The notes beneath the pieces are model-generated. The model saw nothing but the letters and a program-made list of their open reading frames with translations, searched no databases and had not been told where the DNA came from. From Felis catus (Eukaryota): DNA of 64,000 bases. Of this stretch, positions 11,920 through 23,849 are shown one piece after another. The translations under genes were made by a program, and so were the position numbers. The stretch covers positions 19,408,001 to 19,472,000 of the forward strand of contig NC_058368.1 of assembly GCF_018350175.1 (NCBI RefSeq), written 5' to 3'. Each line of letters starts with the position of its first letter. Position 1 is the first letter of the stretch.

Positions 11920-12539
11920 TTTAATTAGACCATAATGATGTCGTCCAGTTTTCCAGTAAGACTTATTTCTGGGTAGTGATCCATGATCTTCAGTGATCTT
12001 CACCAACAATCCGCCATCTTTAAATACGGCCCCTCATGGCACCCAGGTCAGCGGATCAGCTGTGGGACGGGGTGAAGGGGCTACAGATCTTGTCTGCAGT
12101 TGGCAGTCCTGGGCAGGAGAAAGAAACAGGCCAGAGGCGGGACGTATTGGACACTAGAGTGTGCCGTGGAACTAAGGGGATGCCAGTATGTGTGGGGCAT
12201 GACACACACGTGCTGGGGTCCCGTCATTCCATTGTCATTCCATAGTGGGATGCTGTTGTGAGGTGACATGTTTTACTATAGAAGAAAGAGGCTTCTCCCA
12301 GGGGATCTCCCCGAGCGAGTGTGCAAACAGCAGAAGCCCGAGGCAGTACGGGGAGCAGTGCTCCAGTGAAGAATGGGAAAGCAGTTGAATCTACAGCAGG
12401 ATGGTTACTGAGCATCTCCTGAAAATGTGGAATACATGCATCTTGTAGATGTAAACCATTTTTTTTTTAATTTTCAGGAACAAAAACCATGGTATAGCCC
12501 TTCACCCCACACATTTTATTTACCCTTAGACATCTAGTC

Positions 12540-13440
12540 AACCTGATTTGTTACTGCTGCTGTTAGCTTTGATTGCTTGATGAAGGTGATGTCTGCTACA
12601 AGGTTAAACTGTAAGGTTACTGGTTTTCGATTTCTGGGTCCTGTTCATTCCAAGTGAGTCACCAAGTCCAGCCCATACTCAGGTGCTGAGAAATTAAGCT
12701 GTACCTCCTGAAGGGGGCTGTCATCCAGAGCTAAGTCATTTGTATTTTTGCTTAAACTGTTCCAGCTTTGGCCATTGGGAGTTTTTCTGGTTACCTCTAT
12801 GTTCCTTTGACATGCCCTCATTCTTTTGTGTTTTGGGAACACTTCCTGGTACTTTCTGGTACTACAAGAAGACGGTCTAGGCTCATCTTGAAGCGTCTCT
12901 GTCCCAGCTTCAGAATCAGCCATGTCCCCGAGGAACCTTGGTTCCTGTCATGGTTTCAAAACCAGGATCGGGGTGCTGGGTGTGCTTGTTGCTACTGAAG
13001 TGTCACTGCTCCTAGGCCCTCTCAGCAGACAGAGCTAGGAAATCCATCTGTGTTTACTGTCCTATGCACATGCACACAACTATAGTCCTGTATCTCTCCA
13101 TCTGTATGTGTATTAAGCTAAGGGTGAGTTCATACTGATATCTTTGAGTCTGATTTAGTACCAAAGGTTCACCCTGGCCTTTCCCCTCGCTCTTCTGTAG
13201 CTTCTCTCTCTGATAGTGAGAAACCTGGCCCGAACCATCCACTATCCACTTAACTGCTCAACCCCAGGATACAGATGTAAAGCAGTTTCCAAATAATTAG
13301 CCCCTGCTCCCATGAGAAACAAATTTCCCAACTAGAGTACAGCATTTATGTGTTGTTCCTAGTGCTTTTAACCTTAGAGTTCCAGTTAAAACACCATTTC
13401 CCAGAGTTACTTAGGTTAGCTCCTTTTTAGCCGCTCTCTT
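12540..13440 (-). mobile_element. Old L1M (L1MC/MD-like) 3' fragment
   Basis: Recalled motifs caccaagtccagcccatactca, ctttggccattgggagtttttc, ttccttactttctgg-like. Confidence 0.55.
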
Positions 13441-13684
13441 GAAGACTTTTCAAGAATTAAGGTAGGCAGGGGTCACTTTAAGGATAGTTCCGGATACTCA
13501 GCTTCCATAAATAACAGTATTCGGTACCTCTTAGTCATCTCAAATTTTAGCATTGCCCCAGGGTGTAAATATTTCCAAACCACCAAACAAAGGGAACTTG
13601 GAATTATGTATAGTTATTGAGAGACTGAGTCTTGATTAGATGACAAATCTTTTCAAAAGTCAGATGGTTTGCAGAGTTTGCTTT

Positions 13685-13879
13685 TATTATTTAAATTTTT
13701 TTTTTTTTTTATTTTTGGGAGAGAGCAGGGGAGGGGCAAAGAGAGAGGGGGACAGAGGATCTGAAGTGGGCTCTGTGCTGATAGCAATCATCCCTGTGTG
13801 GGGCCTGAACTCCTTAACTATGAGATCATGACCTGAGCCAAAGTCTGGACACTAACCGACTGAGCCACCCAGGTGCCCC
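13685..13879 (-). mobile_element. CanSINE
   Basis: TSD cagagtttgctttt. Confidence 0.88.
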
Positions 13880-14819
13880 AACAGAGTTTTGCTTTTGAGG
13901 TACACTTTTAACAAAACTTCCTATTATTTATTTAAATGAATGAGATTTCTTAATACAGCTGGGAGGAAGGAAGGAAGGAAAGAAGGAAAGAAAAAAGGAC
14001 GGAGGAAAAGAAAAGAGGAAGGAAGGGAGGGATGAAAGAAAATCAAGAGAATCATTGTTGAACCTTGTCGATTCTAGCAAAAAGTTAGCACTCATCTGTG
14101 GATACTAATTGGGAGGAAGAGAAAAATCCATTGACATCTTTAAGAGATGAATTTCCATAACAAATTTAATGTTTAATGATTATTTATCAGTGTGATTCAT
14201 TTTATTTTTACCAGTTATATACTACTAGTAATGTTAATAATTCAATAAAAAAATAAAAGCCTATGATCAGGAAATGTAAATTTCCATTTATATGATAAGG
14301 TGATCAATATAACTTTGAAGCAGAAAAACCTTACCTATGGGGATATGACTTTAAGGAGAGAAAGAAATGATGTACACTTTGTGATTCTCAAAAGAAGCTT
14401 ACTTAAAAAAAAAATAATGATTGTTGGTTTCAAATTGCTGTAGTTTTCAGATTCCTTTGGATATGTCTTACTTGTGTCAATATTTATAATTGCTGGAAAT
14501 TACATCCTTTTCAACTACTTAGACATGTAATGAAACGTTTTAGACAGCAGCTTGGTGTGCAATTGGGAGTGGGGAATGGGGAGGAGGAGGAGGAGGGGGC
14601 CTGTTTGCAGGCCTCAGGGCGGCATCCAGTTTTGTAAAAGAACCCCCATGGAGGCCGCCAGCTGTAGACAAAACAGTCTCCATCTCTTGACGGTATTTGA
14701 GACCTTGCACAAAAAACTCTCCTTGTCTCGGTTTAGCGGATTCTTAAAACTGGGAGACCACAACCTTGCTGGGTTGTTGCAAACAGACATAAATATCAAA
14801 AACCGCAAACCATGTGGTA

Positions 14820-15810
14820 CGCAAGAAAGAGGCGCGGTGTGCTTGCGTGCTGGGATAGGCACTGGAGTCCCGACCTACGACAAAGTAACTCCAAACTCCC
14901 CGGCCCGGGACCCAACTTCTGGGTGGACTGCGTAGACCCCTCCTCTCGCAGCTTGCTCCCGGAGCCCCGCCTGCGTTTTCCCGGGCGGCTCCGCCCCGGC
15001 GGTCCGGAAGCGGGGCGGTCCGGGGGCCCAGATTCCCCCGGGACGCTTCCCAACCTGCGGAATCGGCTGAACAGGTATGCTGCGGGCGGGACGCCCCGGA
15101 TCCTAATCCCGAGCTGTCCCCGGAGCTCCGGGAGCCGCGGGGAAAGGGACGAGCCCCTGCGGGGTAGATAGGGTCTGCAGGGGAGCCGTCCGAAGTCCTG
15201 GGCCCGCGTCAGTCTCCGTGGCAACGTGCGACACGCCGCGCTCCCGCCAGCGCGCAAACTCGGCGCAAGCTCGGCCGCCCACCCGGCGGCCGCCTCCCGG
15301 GGTGCTTCTAAGGGAGAAGACTTGTCCCGAGAGCTGGGGGCTTCCACCCACTGGTGCTGTCTGGGCGGTGGGTCGCCGTCTCTCAGGTACGGGGCTGGTG
15401 CCCTCGAGTTCCGATTCCCCAGCCACCTTCCTCAAAACCCGATCCTCGGGTGTCTCAGGCCTCCCCTGGCAGCGGAGCTGGTTCCCAGCCCCATGCCACC
15501 CACGCAGTTGTCCCCCTTCCTACCCTGACACAAATTATCGAAAACATAACCTGCCTGCTCACGCAAGTTTTAAAAGTGGGCATGATGCCCTAATTGCAGT
15601 ATAAAGAGGAAACGCAAGGGAACCGTTTACAACAAAGTCTGCATTTCAGTCTGCAAATGCTTGGTTAGTCCACACTTGAAGACGTCGTGAAGTAGCCAAG
15701 TGCCCGCACCTGGGCAGGGAGGCACCTGACGGTGACTGCCGCCCGCTATTAGGTTTCGGCTACCGGGAGGAGCGCGGCCAGCGGGGGCGTGATTTTTCCC
15801 CACCGGTGCA
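14820..15810 (+). promoter_or_regulatory. NEK5: CpG island / NEK5 promoter and probable non-coding first exon
   Basis: Sharp GC- and CpG-rich block ~1-2 kb upstream of the NEK5 ATG exon; GC boxes near 14991 and 15011; candidate donors CAG|gtatgc (after 15074) and CAG|gtacgg (after 15386). Confidence 0.85.
15212..15225. promoter_or_regulatory. RFX X-box motif
   Basis: GTCTCCGTGGCAAC closely fits the X-box palindrome GTYNCCATGGCAAC, inside the CpG island. Confidence 0.65.
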
Positions 15811-16019
15811 CGGTTCTTGGTAATTTTCTAAACAAAAAGTGCAGTCAAGCCTTGATTTACACGCAGTTGCATTCCTCGAAAATTCAGTGTTCGTTAAAAC
15901 TGCAAAAAAAAAAAAAATCTGTATTTACATGTAAAATGGAATTTGGTTCTAGCCGCAGGTAATTATAAACGGATTTTTCCACGCACCTGAATGTGTGTGG
16001 GGATTTGCTAAGGTTGTAA

Positions 16020-16200
16020 GGCCGCAGGATAATCCTTTATCTTCAGGACTGTTCCTCGCATCGCAGGACATTAGTATCTGAGGCCCAAGCCACTTCTAAA
16101 TGCCAGAGTGCTTCTCCAACTCTGCCGAGAACAGGAAAACATCCACAAATTCCCAAGATGTCCCCTAGGGGGCAGCACGTCCCCGGTGAGAAGGGCCGAA
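16020..16200 (+). mobile_element. MER20-like hAT DNA transposon remnant
   Basis: ggataatcctt...ctgttcctcgcatcgcaggacatt...aaatgccag...atgtcccctagggggca...gagaa. Confidence 0.55.
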
Positions 16201-16606
16201 CTGTAAAACTGCGCGAGCCTTAAAGACATTCCTGCTTTATAGAGATGCCAAGACCCGAGGTGGTGTTATCTTTGATTCACAGAACAATCTTGCACATATG
16301 GGAATTGTTATTTCCATTTTAGGAATTGGGAAAATGAAGTTTTCAGAGATTAAGTGACTTCCCCAAGATCACAACACTACACTGTATCAAAGCTGAGTCT
16401 GACCTGAGATTCTACCAAAAAGCAGTTTCACTTTGGTTGTCTCCTGCGGCCACAAGGAAAGTGATTTGACTGTCTCGGTGAGGTTGGTAGGAAAATTTTA
16501 GCAAAATAAGTTCTTTTACGTTGAGTGATCAATTTTGTGACTTTATGAACAGTGTGTGATAAAATTTCATCGCTCTGATTTCAGGAGCCACCGTGCATTC
16601 GAGACA

Positions 16607-16723
16607 ATGGATAAATACGATGTGATTAAGGCCATTGGGGAAGGTGCCTTTGGGAAAGCATTCTTGGCTAAAAGGACATCGGATAGCAAGCACTGTGTTA
16701 TAAAGGAGATCGATTTTGCAAAG
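16607..16723 (+). CDS. NEK5: NEK5 coding exon 1 ([39 protein letters not shown]); exon starts at 16585
   Basis: tttcag|GAGCC, Kozak-like acaATGG, AAG|gtaaat; Gly-rich loop and catalytic Lys. Confidence 0.95.
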
Positions 16724-18559
16724 GTAAATTGAAGGAAGTTCACATTCCTGTTCATTTTCAGTATTACATTCAACTGGCTTTTAATTAGGTATGAAAAGGA
16801 AACACATTTTTTTTTTTGCTTGTTTGTTTTCATAGTATGAACTTTAAGCCTCAGTTAACTGGTTTACTCAAACTCCTAAGTCCGTGGTCCAAACAGCAAC
16901 CAATGATTTTATTAGAAAAAGGAAAGGAGAGGAGAGGAGTGGGGAGGGGAGGGGAAAAAGAGGAAAAGAAAAATAAGATTATAGCATCTGGCTCCTGTGG
17001 CACTTGAGGGTGGCCTGCAAGGTCTGTGAGATTTCTTCTGCTCTATTGCTTGACTTTTCTGTTTGGCCACAGGGTGGTCCTCTTCCTCTGGCTGTATCTC
17101 CATCATCGGGTCCCCTCCACAAAGACTCTTTCTCTAAACGTGCCAACTGAGGTAGCAACACACCCTCAATCGCTCCGTATTACACTGCCCCATTTTCTGA
17201 ATGGCATTTATTTTTTTTATTTTTTTATTTAAAAAAAAATTTTTTTTAATGTTTATTTATTTTTGAGACAGAGAGAGACAGAGCATGAATGGCGGAGGGT
17301 CAGAGAGAGAGGGAGACACAGAACCCAAAGCAGGCTCCAGGCTCTGAACTGTCAGCACAGAGCCCGATGCGGGGCTCGAACTCACGGACAGCGAGATCAT
17401 GACCTGAGCCGAAGTTGGACGCTCAACCGACTGAGTCACCCAGGCGCCCCTGAATGGCATTTATAATCAGGAATTACTTTGCTCACTTATTTCTTCATGC
17501 GTTTATTGCCTGTCTCCTTCAGCATGTAGGACAGTGCCTGGCACATGATAGGCGCTCAAAAACATTTATTGAATGCATTGAATGAATGGAGGAAAACAAT
17601 GTACTTTTGTTAGCTTAACGATTTTGGAGACTAATGAAATATATCTCATTGAAAAGGAATCATTTTTGTGGAATTCCTCTCAGCATTTGTGTCACCCTCT
17701 CTAGTGATGTGTGCATTTCAAATGTTGGGACAACAATGCCCATCGCATGCTAGAATTAATTTTAAGGCAAGTGTGGTTGGTTGTCTTCTGGAGGATTTAT
17801 GATTGAGGGTAGCAGAAGACCTTCCATGCAAAATGTCTGCAAAATGGGGCTTCTGGCTGGCTCAGTTGCTCAATCGGTAAAGCATGTGACTGTTATAAGT
17901 TCGAGCCCCACGTTGGGTGTAGAGGTTACTTAAAAATAAAATCTTAAAAAAAAAAAAAGCAAAATCCCCAGATGTGTGCAAAATGGACTTCATAAGTTGC
18001 ACAGTGTGAGCGTACTTAATGCCACTGAATTGCTCATTTAAAATGGTATATATTTATGTTCTATATACTTTACCACAATTCTTTTTTTTTTTTTTAATTT
18101 TTTTTTCAATGTTTTTTATTTATTTTTGGGACAGAGAGAGACAGAGCCTGAACGGGGGAGGGGCAGAGAGAGAGGGAGACACAGAATCCGAAACAGGCTC
18201 CAGGCTCCGAGCCATCAGCCCAGAGCCTGACGCGGGGCTCGAACTCACGGACCGCGAGATCGTGACCTGGCTGAAGTCGGACGCTTAACCGACTGCGCCA
18301 CCCAGGCGCCCCATACTTTACCACAGTTCTTAAAAGTTGCAAAGAAAAAAGGACTTCCCAAACTTACGTGAAAGCTCAGATGTAAGTTTGCTGTATAAAA
18401 CTCAGGGGCGCCTGAGTGGCTCAGTCAGTTAAGCATCTGACTTCGGCTCAGGTCATGATCTCACAGTTAGTGGGTTCGAGCCCTGCGTCGGGCTCTGCGT
18501 TGACAGTGTGGAGCCTGCTTGGGATTCTCTCCCCCTCTGTCTGCCTCTCCTTGACTCAT

Positions 18560-18596
<37 letters not shown>

Positions 18597-21500
18597 ATAA
18601 ATAAACAAAAGAAATCAAGCTCTGGTGTAGATGCTTAGCCTCAGGGAGAATGCTTTATTTACCAATATAAGTCCCTTTTCATGGCTCCGGTGGCATACTT
18701 CTACAAGTGTCCTATTATTCTAGAGGCCTGTCAGAGCTTCCTTCTGCAACATTGTTCTGCTCACACTCTCTCGTTTATCTGACTGCTCTTTCTCAGGCCT
18801 CCCTGTTTCCTCATCTTCTGTCTGTCCCAACCATCTGTTCTTGGCTGACACTCTTCTCTTTCCCTGGGCCATCGCCTCACTGCAGACCTCACCAGGTCGC
18901 AGGCCACACTTACAACTCTCTCTCCAATGCTGATACCTTCCAGCACCCTGGTTCTGCATTTCATCTGCTCTGTGCCACACTGTGCTCATGACATTAGTGT
19001 CCTTGTGATACCGAGCCTCAAGACCGAGGAGTCATCTCTGAGTTTTTTCTCTCTCCACATCCAATTACTTGCTAAATGCCGTTGGCTCTTTCTCTCCCTC
19101 GAGTTTGTCTTACTCCTTTCACCGATTTCCTGGGTTACCCAGTAGCTTTGTCACGGCTCCAGCAACATTTTGATAATGCTCCAGTCACGTCCACAGACCT
19201 TCCCGTAGACAGAAGTCATAAAGGAAAAGATGGCTAGATGCATTGTCATCTTTGCGTAAAAACATCAAACTTCTGTATGACAAAACCCACCACGAATAAA
19301 TTCAAAGTTGACAGAATGCCAAAAATATTTGCCAAGTATTGACCTAACGGTGCTAGCCTTTTGTAAATGAATAAAAAGAAAAAAACCCATAACTGAAGAA
19401 GTAATCATACGTACTCCTTAGTAAACTAAGAAATAGAAGTCAAACAATTTCACTCTTTGCGTATGCATTTGGGAAGGATTAGAAGGAATATGAAAGTGGA
19501 GGAAGTGGGCACTGTCTCCCTCTACTGGGAGGAAGGTAAATTGGTATCACAATGAAGAGAACTCTGTGTACCAAAGCCTTGGAAGGATCCATGCTGTGTT
19601 TGTATTATAGGTCCGCAATATGTTGTGATGATGAAAACAAATGAGGCCACCAGCACTTGTGTGTATGTGTGTGTGTGTGTGTGTGTACTGTTAATGTTAC
19701 ACACACACACACACACTAACTGATTATTGCTGAGTGATGGGATTTCACCCCCACCATTCCTTTCTGCAGTGTCAGAATTTTAAAATTTTTTTAACGTTTA
19801 TTTGTTTTTGAGAGGGGAGGGGCATGCGTGGGGGAGGGGCAGAGAGAGAGAGGGAGACACAGAATCCGAAACAGGCTCCAGGCTCTGAGCTGTCAGCATA
19901 GAGCGCAACACAGGGCTCGAACTTGGTTGGGAACAGGGAGATCATGACCTAGGCTGAAGTCAGATGCTCAACCGACTGAGCCACCCAGGTGCCCCGTGAA
20001 TTGTATTATTTGTATAAGCAGGAAAGCTGTCTTCATTTTGAATTTTTTTAATGTTATTTATTTTTGAGAGGGAGAGAGAGAGACAGAGTATGAGCAGGGG
20101 AGGGGCAGAGAGGAAGACGAAGACACAGAATCTGAATCAGGCTTCAGGCTCTGAGCTTTCAGCATAGAACCCGGCATGGGGCTCAAACTCACAGGCCATG
20201 AGATCATGACCTAAGCCAAAGTCGGTTGCTTAACCTACTGAGCCACCTGGGCGTCCCTTCAAAAAGGAAAGGAAAAAAGTATACGTCCTAAGATCTAGTA
20301 CATCTGCTTCTGGGGGTTTATTCAAAGGGAAATCTTCAGAGATGTACAGTTAGAAAGCAACTTAAATGTCCAACAGCTGGGGATTGGTTACATAATTTAT
20401 GAAAAACAAAGCAGTTCTTAGAAATCATGTTGTAGGTAAAATATTGACATGAGAAATGTCATGGCTTCTGCTTATTGGGAAAACAGTATGTGCACAATAA
20501 GGCAATCTTTGTGAAAATACATATTATCTCTCTCTCCGTCTCAGTATTTATACACACACACATATATTCACATACGGAAAAGGAAGATGTCCTAGATCGC
20601 TATCATGTAGGTGGAATGTGGGATTATACTGTACTTTTATATTCTTTCACTCTTCAGATTAGTTTTGACACTCTCGCTGATTTGTTCCCACATTCCATGT
20701 CCAGCATCCCTCCCCCGCATGCAAACCCTTTGCACCCTAGCCTCGGTGCTCACCCATGGGGCTCTTTCTTTCAAGAAAGTCTTTGCCCATCTCCAAGCAT
20801 CAAGATCCCACTTGTTTAGGGCTGAGCTCCAGGAAACCCTCCAGGACCTTCCGACTCAAAATAATCTCTCTCTGTAAACTCCACAGCTTTTTATCCATCA
20901 TGTTGTTATGTGCTGATTGCCTTCTACTCTGATGTGCTTTGGCTGGTTTGTGTGTGCGTCTATGCCTTCTCCCCCTTATTAGACTGTGTTTTCTGTGCAG
21001 GCAGAATCCAAGCTTTATTCATCTTGGTATTCCACACAGCACTGGTAGGTGTTCAGTACGTTGTTATTGCATAAATGATTCAATTGATAGATACTTTCAG
21101 GCCTTCTAATTCTACTGTTAAGCTGGTACATACTTAGGGATTATAACACCATTTTAATTCTTTTTTTTTTTTTTTAAATTTTTTTTTTCAACGTTTATTT
21201 ATTTTCGGGACAGAGAGAGACAGAGCATGAACGGGGGAGGGGCAGAGAGAGAGGGAGACACAGAATCGGAAACAGGCTCCAGGCTCTGAGCCATCAGCCC
21301 AGAGCCCGACGCGGGGCTTGAACTCACGGACCGTGAGATCGTGACCTGGCTGAAGTCGGACGCTTAACCGACTGCGCCACCCAGGCGCCCCAATATAACA
21401 CCATTTTAATTCTAAGTAAAGAAGAAACTATTTGGGAGGTGAACCCTCTTTAACAATGTATATTAATGCAGTTCATAGCATCTCTCCCATTCTTTAGTAT

Positions 21501-23793
21501 ACATAATAAAAAATTGACTGTATTTTTCTAATACAGAACTGATTTTCTTTCATCCTTTTTCTCATGAACCACCCCCCGGTATCCATCCATCACTAAGGAG
21601 AATGTTATGTTAGGCCTCGTCCTTCTTGCTTTTTCATATGTCTTTCTGTTATTAAATTTGCCTAGCAATGCCTGTGTCCCAGTATTAACATGTATTACTT
21701 CTTTCTCCCTTTTCTACCCTAATGTAGTTTTTCATCACTTCTCAGCTAAAGAAATCTATGTTTCTTTTCACATCTCCAATGCCTCTCCACGCAGTAAACT
21801 CTAAACGCCAGAACGTGAATTGCTCATTTTCTTATAGGTACCAAAAATCTAGTATTTTTTTCTCTTATCATCCTACTATTACCAAGCAGATTATTTTGAT
21901 TCTATACCCAAGGTGGGGCTTGAACTCCTGAGATCAACCCTGAGGTCAAGAGTCGCATGCTTTCTTAACTGAGCCGGCCAGCCGCATTATTCTTTTGATT
22001 CTTGCTTCCAAATATGTGTTGTATATTTTCTTGATTATAAAATAAAAATGTTCATTGTAGAAATTTTTGAAAAGAACCGAAGGGGAAATTAAGACCATTT
22101 ACAGGAAAATAAAAATCATTTATAACCTTTCTTTTAATCACTATTAACATTATGGTGAATTTCTCTCCAGGCTATTTTAATTTTTTTTTTTTTAGAGATT
22201 ATTTATTTTGAGAGAGGGAGCACGTGTGAGCTGGGAGAGACAGAGGGAAAGAGAGAATCCCAAGCAGCCTCTGAGCTGTCAGCGCACAGCCTGATGCAGG
22301 GCTCAAACTCACAAACCCAGAGACCATGTCCTGAGCTGAAATCAAAAGTTGGACGCTTAACCAACTGAGCCACCCAGGCACCCCATCTCTGGGCTATTTT
22401 TTTTTATTTTTAAAAATGTTTTTATTTATTTTTGAGAGACAGAGACAGAGCACAAGTAGGGGGATGGGGTGCAGACAGAGAGGGAGACACATAGTGCAAA
22501 GAAAGCTCTAGGTTCCAAGCTCTCAGCACAGAACCTGATGCGGGGCTCAAACCCATAAACCGTGAGATCATGACCTGAGCCAAAGTCAGACACTTAACCG
22601 ACTGAGCCACCCAGGCATTACCCTGGGCTATTTTTAATGCATAGATACTTTATAAGCTGTTGGAATGATTGGTGCCATGGTGGATATACCCTTCTATTGC
22701 AGCTTTTTATTTTTAGCAATATATTGTATTTTCCCAAGTCATTCAATGTGTTCATATAAAATGTTCTTATAATATTAAATGTTCACAATAATAGTGATAA
22801 TGGTTACCATTAACTGGGTGCCTATTAGACATTCTGCCATCCTGGGTACTTTACCTGTATCAACTTATTTAATCCTGACAACAACCCTGAAGGGAGATCT
22901 CTTGCTTCCCTGTATAGGTAAAAGAGTTGAGGCTCAAAGATGTTAAGTGATTTGCTTAACGATCTTTCTATTTCTTCCTCTGCTCTTTCTGCTCTAACAC
23001 ATTGCCTCCCTTGATTTGTGATGACTGCATAATACAACATCAGGTTAAAAACACTATCATTTAACTTCTTCTCTTTTTGGACATGTATGTTTGATTTTTG
23101 GGGTATGATTAAATACCATGTAATATGTAGAATAGGAGTCACTTTTTTTTTCATTTTATTTTTTATTTTTTTAAATTTACATCCAAATTAGTTAGCATAT
23201 AGTGCAGCAATGATTTCAGGAGCCCCTTACCCATTTAGCCCATCCCCCCCTCCCACAACCCCTCCCGTAACCCTCAGTTTGTTCTCCATATTTAAGAGTC
23301 TCTTCTGTTTTGTCCCCCTCCCTGTTTTTATATTATTTTTGTTTCCCTTCCCTTATGTTTAGCTGTTTGAGTCACTTTTTACGTTAATTTATTTTATTTT
23401 AAGAGAGCGAGAGAGTGAGAGTGAGAGAGAGAGAGAGAGAGAACAAGTGGGGGAGGGGCAGAGAGAGAGAGGGAGAGAGAATCTGTGCTATCAGCACAGA
23501 GTCCAATGCCGGGCTCGATCCCACAAACCGTGAGCTCATGACCTGGGCCAAAATCAAGAGTCAGATGCTTATCTGACTGAGCCACCCAGGCTTCCCTAAT
23601 ATGAGTCATTTTTATTAAACAGATTATGTGTGTTTACCTATATGTGCATTAAATAAAAAGGTTTAGCCTGGGTGGGTCAGTCAGTTAAGTGCCTGGCTCT
23701 TGGTTTCTGCTCAGGTCATGATCTCACAGTTCATGAGTTCAAGTCCGGCATCAGGCTCTGCACTGATGTTGTGGAGCCTGCCTGGGATATTCA

Positions 23794-23849
<56 letters not shown>

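Noticed and set aside
14552..15604. Several overlapping 100-180 aa ORFs on both strands
   Set aside because: The GC-rich CpG island has few stop codons; the Pro/Arg/Gly-rich products show no domain.
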